Made by a program: the position numbers and the translations under genes. Below the pieces are notes generated by a model that was not told where the DNA came from, searched no databases, and saw only the letters and a list, made by a program, of their open reading frames with translations. DNA of 64,000 nucleotides from Lytechinus pictus (taxonomy: Eukaryota). This document shows, piece after piece, positions 1-13,300 of the stretch. Positions within the stretch are counted from its first letter, which is position 1, and every line of letters starts with the position of its first letter. Location of the stretch: the NCBI RefSeq assembly GCF_037042905.1, contig NC_087251.1, forward strand, positions 37,264,001 through 37,328,000, read 5' to 3'.

Positions 1-63
1 ACTTGTTATTTAGTATTTTACTATATGAAATTATGTTTATCCAAATTTTGTCTTCCAAGAACT

Positions 64-707
64 AAACAAGTGAAATGCCTCTGGCAGTCTCACCTGCATC
101 ACGCGATTCAATATAGCAGCAGTGCTGACTTTGAAACCTACTATAACTCCCACAAAATGTTCAGTGATACTTGGTTACTCTTATGTCCAAGTTTCATGAA
201 TCAGATCCATAAACTTTCAAAGTTATGATGGTAATTCAACAAATACCCCCAATTCGGCCAAAGTTCATTGACCCTAAATGACCTTTGACCTTGGTCATGT
301 GACGTGAACTCATGCAGGATGTTCAGTGATACTTGATTAACCTTATGTCCAAGTTTCATGAACTAGGTCCATACATTTTCTAAGTTATGATGACATTTCA
401 AAAACTTAATCTTAGGTTAAGATTTTGATGTTGATTCCCCTAACATGGTCTAGGTTCATTGACCCTAAATTACCTTTGACCTTGGTCATGTGACATGAAT
501 CTCAGACAGGATGTTCAGTAATACTTGATTAACCTTATAGCCAAGTTTCATGAACTAGGTCCATATACTTTCTAAGTTATGCTGTCATATCAAAAACTTA
601 ACCTTAGGTTAACCTTAGGTTAAGATTTGATGTTGACACCGCTGCCGCCGCCGCCGTCGGAAAAGCGGCGCCTATAGTCTCATACTGCTTTGCAGGTGAG
701 ACAAAAA
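64..707 (+). mobile_element. Helentron-associated (HINE/pearl-like) non-autonomous element, family A
   Basis: 5' gtctcacctgca matches 3' tgcaggtgagac (subterminal inverted repeat); internal tandem units with tgacctttgacct; (GCC)n; 3' hairpin; A-rich ends without TSD. Confidence 0.75.
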
Positions 708-1131
708 TAGATTGACAAGTGATTTAATGCTTTGATCTAATTATTTCAATTAATAATTAAATTTTATAGATATTTATTGCTGCAACTTATCTTATTATAT
801 GGGAGACATACACACATCATTGAAAATATGAAGTAATTATGACATCATGTAATAACATAAGAAAACGAAAAGCGAGGATGTGACAACATCAGCCAACCTA
901 ATGAAGATTCATGACAATGTAAATATAACTGTTTTCCCAAAATATTGATGAATTTTAGTCAGTTACCTGATTTTGATGAAATTTTCAGTATTTTGCTCGG
1001 TGAATTTTACTCTATTTATTTTGATATAAAAATTTTCTCATTCCGGAGTACCCCTTTAATGGTATCTCTGTCATTCATGATGACTTTCCGGTAAAGCAAA
1101 CTCAAAGTTTGAATTGTCTAATATCATTTCA

Positions 1132-1317
<186 letters not shown>

Positions 1318-4110
1318 TCAATCAAAATTCCTCCAAAGACGAAAAACAAAATTTTGACTAACTGACATACAACTTAGATATTTCATTTTCATTATGATGG
1401 GTCATGACCTAGGGCTACCTTAATTTTATGATGCTTTGAACATACAGACTTTGTAGTTTTTTTCCATTATAGTAATCCTAATAATGTGATATCATATCAT
1501 TCTAAAAGTCTAATATTTGGATACATTTAAATAAAACATTTTTTTTATATTTCTGCTTATAACTTCTTCCAATGCCTGTTCTAAGCATAGGTAAAGGGCC
1601 TGTAACATGAATTAGACTTGAGTATCATTCCGTTAGAGTTTGAATGTGGCATCTAGTGCCCTCTTTCCGCAATGTTTCTATATTTACTCAAAATATGCCT
1701 TTGAGCACTTACTTTGATGATTGAGTAATTGGATATTAGAAAGCTACTGACAGATTATATCCTGAAATTTTCAACAAATTACACACTTGAGAAGGGATTT
1801 TATTTATTTTTTTTAAACACACTTATTTTATTTTGATGGGGCACCCGATAAAATTGAATTTGATGTAAAATCATTATATCAATTAAATAAAACAATTTTT
1901 ATTTCATATCCTTCACATCATGTTTTATAATTAAATGCACTTTTACTAAGATTTACCAAAACTAAAGATGCTTTAAAGGATTGGTGGTTAAAAAAAGAAA
2001 TTTGAAATAATTGACTAAAAAAACACTTGGATATTGTATATTAAACAAAGAGACAAGATTTCTTATAACATATAATAATAATAGAATTAGTGAAAAATAT
2101 TTTTAGAAGTTTGATTTTTAAGAAATTCATTGTATTGTAATTCATGTGTCACAAAGTAGACCTGAAGTGCCGAGCTTCCTCAACACAGATCTACGCTTCT
2201 GGTAGTTCTGCCACAATCATCACATATATAATCTGGTTTATAGTCCTTAATTACTTCACGAAGATTACTCTCCTATCTCTTTGTTTCCTTTCTATTTCCC
2301 TTCCTTTCACTGTCATGATGGTCCAAACAGTCCTTTTCAGGATTACCCACATGGTGAACCATAGGCAGCCTCTTCTATGTTGTCATCATGCAAACTTTCA
2401 AAGATCATCCCAAAACACTTAGTACCGGTATTTAAAATTAATCACCATAGCAACCTAGCTTTTGTATGTCCAGACATATTGTAATTCTGGACACAAAGAA
2501 TTTTTTTTTTTAATATCAATGCAATATTTTATTTAAAATATTATATTTTTTATAAACAATGACTCTCTATCAACAAAGTTCATAATTAAAAAAAAAATAA
2601 TAATAAAATCACCATAAAATTCACCTTGCAATGAGTATTGTTGCCATCATTGTGTGTTACCACGGGTGCCGACTTTCTACAAATGCACCACCCAATGTCC
2701 TCGTATACGGTTAGTGCTTTTGTCAGTCACCTACGAGGTCAATATGATCTCCATAAATACCCAGGTTCACGGTGAACCGTAAACCTTCTCCATGTTATAA
2801 ACTCCACCATGCAAACCTAAAAAGATCATCTGAGGTCAATACTGTTATGTTGATCAGTAAATCGGAGTAATATGAAGTAAAACAATACACCAGACGGTGG
2901 ACTGTGCTGTTTCCAGAAGAAGAAGGGGGAATCACTTCCCCTTTCATATTACTCAGATTGACTGATCAACATTTGTCAAAATTATCTGGTCACCTAATCA
3001 CTTGCATCAACCTTTGTTTATTTGGTGAGGTGAATTTTTTTTAGGGATATAGATAAAATTCAGTCAAATTAAGTTCCACAATTAAAAATTACACATCATT
3101 ACATTTTACATGTCATGATAGCCCAACAAAAACTCAAGTTAAAATAACAATGTCGTGTCTGGTCAGGCTTAACTAAACAAATTCAAAAACAAAATTTCTA
3201 CCCATGCAGGAGTTGGGAGCAATTGATTTGTGTATTTTGAAGAGAATGTGTAGTATGGTTGGAACTACCCCTTATCGACCACCTAATCTTCTAAGCATCA
3301 TATCTGCGAAAATATTCATCAATTTTACCCAGTTTTCGTCTCATTTGTGCAGAAAATTGAGCAGATCAGATTCCCATGTTTCGCTCGGCGACTCCGATTC
3401 AATTTGCGTATATATCGACGATCAACGAATGCGACGATTTTCCATTTGCTCATTTGCACCCGTCTTTTGAAACCGACCACCCGCGGTACACTAAGTTTAC
3501 GGCCGATTCTTGTCGCGGTGGCGAAATATTTTTACTCTTTCAAATAAGTTCTATGACGTCAACATGCTAAATGATCGCCTCACTACTTCTACTGCGAGCT
3601 CCAACGCATGATTCGACGATTGACGACGGATATTTGTTCTAAAGCCGTTTCCTATCGGATTTCTTGGTTTTTCAGCGGGTTTTGGGTTTGGTCAATACAA
3701 TTTTGGTTAATTCTACTAAATTTTTACTTTTTGTTGCTTCTTTTTTTCTCGTAAAATCGATTCTTACCGTTTCTATGGACACTGCGCCTACTCCCGCGCG
3801 TATCGTTTGTAATACGCAATAATTTTAACGCGCGCAAGGTGGTCGGTTTCAAAAGAGGTGGTCGATATGTGGTGGTCTTACCATACTCCACGAAGCCAGA
3901 CGTATCAGCTAAATCATGGTTGATTTTTTTTTTAACCCCAGCTCCCAGGCCCAGGAACTCTAGCTCCGGGGACTCTGCCTCAGTCAAGGAACTCCTTGCC
4001 TGCCAGCAGACCTGGGCCGGTTGATGAGCGATCATGGAGCTATCCCCGAAAAAGAATGAACGTAACAACACAATTATTACACTTTTTTTGGCTAATCTAC
4101 GAAACGGTAC

Positions 4111-4175
4111 CTTATCAGGTCCATATTACATGACCCTACGATAACGACATCGACTTGACATTTCTTTAGGCTCAT
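4111..4175 (-). CDS. RBKS: Ribokinase, coding exon 1
   Basis: ATG at 4175 gives MSLKKCQVDVVIVGSCNMDLI(S), the PfkB/ribokinase N-terminal VVIVGSCNMDL motif. GT donor at 4110-4109, phase 2, matches the next exon. Confidence 0.92.
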
Positions 4176-4836
4176 TTCTGATGTTTATTCTCGAAGCTGC
4201 AACAGAAACTTGACAGATTTACTGCGCTGGAGCTGTTCACGTGATTGTCTTTATGGAGGACCAGCTGCAAACATATAACGATTCCACGGCGCAGGCGAAC
4301 GAATTCTGTGCCGGAGAGTCTGGCTAAAGAATGGGTCGACATTTCGTTACCCGTCGTTAGCGCCCTTGCAGCTTTGCCTTTAGCTAGCTGCGATACGAGG
4401 GTAAAATTATTGTCTATTCTAGATTAATTATTTGAATGTTATTTTGGATCCTCTGTAATCAGGAAAAATTAGATAGTTAAATAATAATGAATAATTTTCT
4501 TAATCTTAATTCATATCATTATCAAAATGTATTATGCTATACGATAATTATTGCATGCATTTTTATTTCAAGGTACAAGTAATAAGACTATGTTGTGAGT
4601 CTCGTGTTTATATTGCGTAATAAGTAGGCGGGGCCGGGGTTTAAGACCGGAAAATCCGCCGTTTCGGATTTTGTTTTATTAACATTCTCTGACGATCGTC
4701 TCAACGCAACAACACATCCTGACCCAAATGTACTGATTTTTCGGTCTTGGCCGGGGTTCAACAGCATTTGTACGATAAAGTCAATATTAGCAAAGTGTGC
4801 TTGAAAACATTAAAGACCGAAACAAACTTACAACAT

Positions 4837-5803
4837 AACAAGTGGAATGCCTCTGGCCGTCTCACCTGCATCACGCGATTCAATATAGCAGCAGTGCTGA
4901 TTTTGAAAACTACTATAACTCGCACAAGATGTTCAGTGATACTTGGTTACTCTTATTTCCACGTTTTATGAACTAGACCAATACACTTATAGAGATATGA
5001 TGGCAATTCAACAAATACCCCCAACGTGGCCAAAGTTCTTTGACCTTACATGACCTTTGACCTTGATCATGTGACCTGAAACTCGCACAGGATGTTCAGT
5101 GATACTTGATTACTATTATGTCCAAGTTTTATGAACTAGACCAACACACTTTCAAATTTATGGCTGTAATTCAACAAATACCCCAATTTGGCCAAAGTTC
5201 ATTGACCCTAAATGACCTTTGACCTTGATCATGTGACCTGAAACTTGCACAGGATGTTCAGTAATACTTGATTACTATTATGTCCAAGTTTCATGAATCA
5301 GATCCATAAACTTTTAAAGTTATGATGGTAATTCAACAGATACCCCCAATTCGGCCAAAGTTCATTGACCCTAAATGACCTTTGACCTTGGTCATGTGAT
5401 GTGAAACTCATGCAGGATGTTCAGTGATACTTGATTAACCTTATGTATAAGTTTCATGAACTAGGTCCATATATTTTCTAAGTTATGATGACATTTCAAA
5501 AACTTAACCTTAGGTTAAGATTTTGATGTTGATTCCCCCAACATGGTCTAAGTTCATTGACCCTAAATGACCTTTGACCTTGGTCATGTGACATGAAACT
5601 CATGCAGGATGTTCAGTAATACTTGATTAACCTTATGGCCAAGTTTCATGAACTAGGTCCATATACTTTCTAAGTTATGCTGTCATTTCAAAAACTTAAC
5701 CTCAGGTTAAGATTTGGTGTTGACGCCGCCGCCGCCGTCGCCGTCGCCGCCGCCGTCGGAAAAGCGGCGCCTATAGTCTCACTCTGCTATGCAGGTGAGA
5801 CAA
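4837..5803 (+). mobile_element. HINE-like element family A, four internal tandem units
   Basis: Same termini as 64-707; units begin near 5040, 5203, 5365 and 5557. Confidence 0.78.
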
Positions 5804-6329
5804 TAAAACAAGTCAACATGCAGGGTGGAGGTATATTCTCAATTTTCTTCTTTTCTCCTAGCTCTTTCCGTCTCTTTTTTTAAAAGGGGGTCATATAGGG
5901 CGGTCACCCCCAGTCCAGTGGCGTAAAGCCGGGCTTGGCATGGGGGGCAGTTTGAGAGTTAAACAAAATGCCGCCGGAAAATGAACGGAGAAGAGAGAAG
6001 GAAAGAAAAGGAAGGGAGAAAGTTAAAGAGAGAAGAGGAACTCAGCGGAAAAAAAAAAGAAAGAAAAGGAAAGTGAAAGAAAATGAAGAAAAAGTGGAGA
6101 GGAAAAACGAAAAGGGACAGAAATGAGGAGGGGAAGGAGGAAAGAGAAAAGTCAAAAGGGGAACAAAAATATATAGTTATAGTGATATATGCAAATGAGA
6201 GAGTCGATGAAATCACCATTTATGTGTAGTAGGACCTACTGTTTGAATTATCACATCATTTCATTTTGTTTGCAGATTTAACAATAACGAGACTCTTCAT
6301 TAAATCACAATAAGATATCACAGTTCGAT

Positions 6330-6408
6330 CGGGGAGGAATCAGACCAGACAGACGGACGGATTCCGAGCGTGATACCATACGTCCCGTATATGACGGGCG
6401 TATAAAAA
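6330..6408 (+). mobile_element. 3' end of a third HINE-like family
   Basis: (GACG/GACA)n followed by hairpin atacgtcccgt-atat-gacgggcgtat and an A run. Confidence 0.5.
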
Positions 6409-7316
6409 GGAAACAGAAAGAGTTTTTTTTTATTGAATAAAAGAATATATTTCAAGCGTCCTTATGGGTGAAAATTACGTTGAAACGTCTGTGATGTCAT
6501 TAATATGTTAATTATTACGTAAATGGTGAGTTCAAAGCACAATCAGGGCGTGGTCATTGCGTAATAAAGAGAACCGCAAATGCAGTATGGGTTTAGGCGC
6601 ATTACATTGTGAATGCGCTTGCATAAATTTAACGCGCATTCGTCTTTGTTGGCCCTGGATACTGCAACGTCAACAAACCACATTCTCTTGCAATTTGCTT
6701 TTTGAGAACCTACTGTCAATATTTTTTGGCGATTTTCGAATATTTTCAAACCTCTCCAAGTCTTGCATCCTAATTGCCGGGTAAGTATATCATCACTAGA
6801 TAACAATGAAAAGACTGAACAAGTTTGAAATAATTTCTAACAATAATTTTTCAGTTATCAAGATAAAAACTTAAAAAGACAAGGTTATTTTTCACTGAAG
6901 AGAATGTCAGAATCCCAGACTCGGTGACAGATTACCAGGGGGGGGGGGGTGAATATTTGGACACAGTGCAGTGTTCAGCTCATAAATTCTGCAAGATATA
7001 TTAATTGAAAATGGGAATTGTTGATGAAAGCTCTTCGTATCCCAAGAAGGCCTATAATTTCAAAAAGATCAGTTTATGAATATTATTATAGCAATTCTGT
7101 GTATTTCCATTATATTTTCCTTTTTGCAAAAGGGTGGGGTGGGAAATTTACAGGGAATTGGTTTTCGGCATGAAAATAAGGACTTTCTCTGCAATTCTGT
7201 GTGTTTCCATTATATTTTCCTTTATCCCTTCTTTCCTACACTTGTTCTTACTTTCCGTTACCGTACCGTAGATCGGTAAGTTTCTATTTTCTATCACTTG
7301 GAAACAACGTTTGGCG

Positions 7317-10300
7317 ATGTATTGCGTTGGACGCATTCGACCTCCATACCCCTGGGTCCTTGGTAGGCCGCTGCCCTGCTGCGTCGGGCAAGCTTCTCCT
7401 GTTGCCATCAAACCACCAATGGTTACCTCTATAGATGTAAGCTCTGATGTAATAAACACACACCCACTCACTCACAGGCCTTTTCACCTAATAATGATAT
7501 CTGGGGAGTGTTTCATGAAAGTTGTCAGCACTGACTAAATTGTCAGTGCTGACAATTTCAGTGAAATCATTGGTTTTGATTGGCTATGAGGCACTTGCCT
7601 CTGACTGTTACTATTGACTTGTAACTGTCGGAGAAAGCTAACTTGTCAGTGCTAACAACTTTCATGAAACGCTCCCCAGATGGAAAGGAATGAGAACCGG
7701 CCCCCCCCCCCCTCCAAAATAAAATGTCAAAAACGCAAATATGCGTTAACAAAAACAAACTTCAAATATATAACAATGCTGATGAGGTTCCTTTGATCTT
7801 TCATCCCCCATTTCAACCATTTTTACTACTACTACTACCACTACTACTACTACTATTACTACTACTTCTACTACTACTACTACTACTATTACTACTACTA
7901 AAAGTAATAATACAAAAATAAATAATGATAATACTATAACTACTTTGTAATACCAGATAAAGTTGTCAACTTTAATTCTTCCCTTGAAGTGAAGATGAAT
8001 TGAGATGTTATGATGCTTTATGCATAGAGTGAAAGTTGTAAATCTGTCTGTTGCATCATGAAAGTAATATCTGTTTTGATAGATGTCTAATTTTATTTTA
8101 CTATTAATATATTTCTTGGCATAACTCATTAAACCAAGATGATATGATAATTAAAAAAAAACAAGATTATATGATACTACTACTACTAAATCATCCTTAT
8201 TATTGACACTTTTTGTCATGAGATGCATCATACACACCTAAAGGGTGTTTAATAAAGCTGTTCGTAAGTTAAGAGCGACTTTAAGAACGACTTGTGATCC
8301 TTTCTTATGCGCTAAATAATCACCAACATATAATGGTGAACATCATTTACCACAAGAAAGGATCACCAGTCGTTCTTAACTTACGAACAGCTTTATGAAA
8401 CGGGCCCCTGTGCTCTGTCCTTGTGTGCCTTTAATGGCTCCATCTCTCTGCCCCCTTCCCTCTCTTTCCTCTTTTCTTTCTGTCTCTTTGCCTGCATCTC
8501 TCTCTCTTTCCCATGATTTTGCTCTTCTCATCTTTTCTGACTTTTTTTTACAACCCTGCACCCCAATCCAGCTTCTAGGTTTCATTTATTATCAAGACAA
8601 CCGTTTTCCATGTTTAATCATTTTTTTTTCATCTTTCCATGATTACACAAACAGAAGCTGTGTTGGTCTTACGAGGATCCATTTATCTTCACCCACCCTA
8701 CTCCACCAGCCAATCAGCTCACAGGAAAACTCCTTCTCGAATGCCTCAAGAACTCACAGAAAAGGCAACTTGAGGAACAGCTTCTTGTAAGTCTTTAAGA
8801 TTAGAATTTATTATGGATATCTTAAATTATATTACTAGTATACAAATTTTACAATTTTCTATATGATAAATTAGCGAAATGAGTTGAATATCGTATGATA
8901 TTAATATGATTCTACCAAGTGCCTGGACGAAAATGAACACTTAAAACCTCCCACGTCAATGAATTCCATGGAATTAAATTCAAGTGACTTCTATTCACTA
9001 ATTCCATGTCAAACATGTGAGATACACTCTAAAAATGCAATTAAAAATGTTAAGCATTTTGTATAAGCTTGTCACTCTCACAACTATTATTTTAACTTGT
9101 TGTTTAAACTCTGAAACAAGTTGTTTGAACCTTTAAAAAAAATTGTTTAAAATGTGATTAATTTTTTTAAAGTTTAAATTGTTGTTAATTGAGTGTTAGG
9201 CTTAAACAACATGCTTGAAATTTTAAACAGCATTTTTACAGAGTAAATCTTATTGATACTAGTACTTGCCTTAGAGATAGAGTGTAAAATTGATTCTTTA
9301 TAGAGGAAGATATTTATCATGACATATTTCTTCATCAGAGACTGTGACACAATAATTATTTCAATCAATGACACAAACCATGATTCATGTCATGTGTAAT
9401 ATTATGTTTTCACCCCCAAAAGTCTTAGGAGATCCAGGGAAATACTGCTTGTGAAGTTATACAATGGGCATACTGAACAAACATACAGAGAAACCTGGCT
9501 GGGTATCATGAGTGTTAAAACTTTGAAGCTATATCTGAAAAAATTTGGAATGTTATATAAACAAAATAAAAAGCCGATTAATATGTAGAATAATTCAAAC
9601 ATCTGGATTGATTATGCATTAAATGAATGGGTATTGAAACACAGTGTAGCTGAATAAATGTTTTCAATATGGTGGTTAATAAACAAAAATCGTTTTCAAC
9701 AATTATCCATAATTTATTTTAGAAAGTTATTGTTACTGGTGATGTAATTTCATATTGAATTCTATCTATCATGATTGTAACAGAGCCTGGCATCAGAGCT
9801 TGGAGACAGAGTTGGAGCTGGTGGTGATCTCTCTCAGCTTGTGGATGACATCAGCAGTGAAGTCCATGAAGCCGAGGAGAGACGGCTGGTCGCTGACAAG
9901 AGGGCTCGGGCCATCGAGCAGAAGAACGTCGATGCTGCCATGAAGATCCAAGTCCTGGAAATGGAGCTGGCCGAGGCCAGACGACAGCGAGATTCTGCTG
10001 TCCAGCAACTCCAGGTAAATAAATGTTTGTATTGATCTAACGACAGTAACTGCATTGGATACTTGCACAGCAACTTGATTAATCAACAGGATCCTATGGA
10101 AGCCTGTCAGGGCTTAGAAGGTCAAGATGAGCCAAAAAGAACCTTATTAATTTCATATTGGTTTCAATCACAAAATCAATCTTAATTTCGAAGGATGTAA
10201 AATTTGTAAGATGACTAATTTCATACATACATGTATATGCATCTATTCAGGGCTTGACTTGGCAACCAGCTCTAGCCTCTCCTGTTGTCAGCCAGACTGC

Positions 10301-13300
10301 TCCTGTCACTTGGTAAGAGTTTGGCTTAATCAAGTGATCCAATACTCTTTCCTCTAATAGTTATTTATTTCTTAACCTGAGAATCATGTTGATTTCTGGT
10401 ACAGTTCATTTATTCTGAAGATGTGTAAGCAAAGAGACTTATAAGTAACAACAACTTACATAAATTAATTAAATGAAATAAAGATAAGATAATTATGGAA
10501 GAGCAAAATCCATTAAAACAGCTCTATGCCAATATGTAGTACATGTATACTCAATACAGAACTTTTTAAAAGATATCAACATAATCAGTAAAATTTTTGA
10601 AATTTCAGTTTCCCTGAGGGTACACAACAAACACCTCCCTTAGAGCCATCTGACATTCGAGTAGCATCCAGCCCTCCCCCTTCACCAGACCTTCCCTTTA
10701 CACCAGCACCGTATCCCACCACTACACTAGACACAGCACTCATTGACACCTTAGCTGTGCCCTCTGGGTAAGAATGAGGTGGGAGTCGGTATGAGACCTG
10801 AAAGAATTCAGTATAAATTATTTGTAATTTGAAACTTGTAGCTTTCTTATACATGATAATAAACATGACAATTCAAAGAAAAAAAAGATAAAGATTTGTT
10901 GTAAAAAAATTATCAATGGCACCTTATGAAGATGTGTTTTTTATTTTTCCCTCAAATTATCATCTCCTTCTTTTGCAGACAACCAAGATCTACTAGCCCA
11001 GACGTTAGTGATTTGGTGTCAGAAGTCAACGACCTTCCTCCTCTTGCCATCCCTTCTGCTCCGGCCTCGGTGACCATCTTTTCTTCACCACTCCCAAGCC
11101 CACGGTAAGTGTGTTGAAACATTACTCTAACAGTTGATTAAAACCCTGATTAAAAAAACCTAAAGGTAATAATATACCCAGGTAAGGTGAATGGGTACCT
11201 TCCATGAAATGCGTGTGCGCTGTAATCTTAGTAATTACGGCTGCCAAGCTACAGCTGGGGTAATAATATCCAAGTCCTTTGGAAGCGCATAGGGACATTA
11301 TTCATAATGTGATATGCGCTATACAAGAACTGTATATTATTATTATTATACAACTAAGAGAGGGTTTTAATTTTTTGGTATGTCTGGTACAGGGGCCGCG
11401 GAACCGGGGGGCTGGGGGGGCTTCAGCCCCCCACTTTTTTCCAAAACCGTGTACAAAAACTTAAAATTGACCATATGATTGTGATTTTTAGCATGGTCAG
11501 CCCCCCCACTTTGAAAACCGTTCCGCGGCCCCTGTGGTAGTTTTTTTCCTGTATTCTTTTCTGCTTACTTTCAGGAACCTAAATGAATCAAGTCAAGATA
11601 GCTATCAACATTTGATGTTACCCCACCAAGGAATAACGTTCATACATCAGGTTGAAATGAGATTTCACAAACCATCCTGAACCACACTCAAAAGTTTCTG
11701 CATATTTATCTTCCTAGATCACCATCAGTGGGCGGGGTTGTAGCCACCACGAGCCAGAGCACAGCAGCTGCCCAAGTCACCTCCTCCTTGGTGTGGAGCA
11801 TGGACTACCTCAAGCCCTTCCATCCAGGAGGTGGGGATGTCATCCTGGGCAGCGGGGTCAGCGCTACTGTCCAACTCTTCAGGCACAAGGTTACCAACGA
11901 GCCCATAGCTGTCAAGATCTTCAAACTCCCTGATGACATCCAGGAGATGAACGAGAAGGTTGGTGTATTGGTCATTTTTCATCACTCCCCAAATTCGTAG
12001 TCAATTTGAATTATGGTAAATTTTTATATTAACAAGAATGGCGTTCATTCGTAACAGGGTAATCTAATTTTGGGGAGTTCTACTGCAACCAAAGAAGTTC
12101 AACAAAAGACATACTGAAAGCATCTTACAGATCAATTTTTACACTGGGAAGAACAGAGACAGACAATATAATGTGTCACAAACTAAAACTTGATCTTAAC
12201 TTCTTTACTGTTGACAGATGGGCCACATTGCCGAGGAAGCCGGCCTCCTTGACATCATAGGTGGTAAAAACTGCTTCCCAAGCTACCTGGGCTGCCTTGA
12301 GACAAGCCTGGGCTACGTCGGCCTGGCTATGGAGTTCGTCGGTGACCCGGCCACCGGAGAGTCTTGGACTTTGGCACGAGGTATGCGAGAGCTAGTGTTG
12401 AGTACCAAAGAGTGGTAAGTACCTCTTTTTCACTTCAACAACAAATTACAAATGCTAAAAGGACCATGAATACTCTAGAAAAATTACAATCTGTAGCTTG
12501 AAAGACAACTTCAAGATCCTTTAAAATTGCTAGTTGAAAAGCTGGAATGCATCAATGAAACTTAATTTTTCTAGAGTGATCATGTAGGCCTACATGTACA
12601 TGTATGGGTTAAACTCCATAGAATTTTTCAAGTAGTGTCTTTTCCAAGATTCTTCCAAATTCAAATAAATGACTTCCAGTATCCTCTTCTGCTTTGTTTC
12701 AGGTATCAGCTAGCTCTCGACATCACCATCTCCCTTGGTCAGATGCATGGGATGGGATACCTCATGAACGACCTCAAGGAGGACAACTGCCTCCTAAGGA
12801 AGACCCAGACGGGTCGTTGGGAGGCGGTGATCGTTGACTTCGGGCTGGTCTTCCCACAGGCATCTCCTTTCTTTTGCTATCTTTCTCACCAGGAAAAAGA
12901 GAAGTATAGGAGAAAGGTAAGTATGGTCTTCACTCTGAGTGTCAGATTCAAGTGACAGCTGCTAGTGTTTAAACTTAATACTTTCAATGAATAATATTGC
13001 TTATATATATGAAGGCAATATTGTCATTAACAACTTTTGGTAGGAGGTGAGCCTTGAGGTATGTGGATCAGCTGAAAACAGGTATCCTAACTGTAACATG
13101 TTAGTAATTTGAAGTTCCACATTCATACAGGTGATCATATTGATCAGACTGCCTGAAGATGAGTCTTTCTTATTTCTATAATGAAGCCTGCAAAAAGTAC
13201 TAAAATATTAAGTATAGTATTAGTTGCTAGAGCCAAAGACAGGGTAATAATATCCAAAGTGCTACAGACTTCAGCTGATAGACAGTGTTATCCGAGAATG

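Noticed and set aside
7076..7279. Signal-peptide-like first kinase exon
   Set aside because: Its phase-2 donor is incompatible with the phase-0 exon at 8655, and the hydrophobicity comes from a short T-rich duplication.
7724..8129. Poly-Leu and poly-Val ORFs
   Set aside because: Artefacts of the (ACT)n run.
10090..10120. Extra kinase micro-exon (DPMEACQGLE)
   Set aside because: Including it shifts phase and creates a stop at the start of the 10609 exon.
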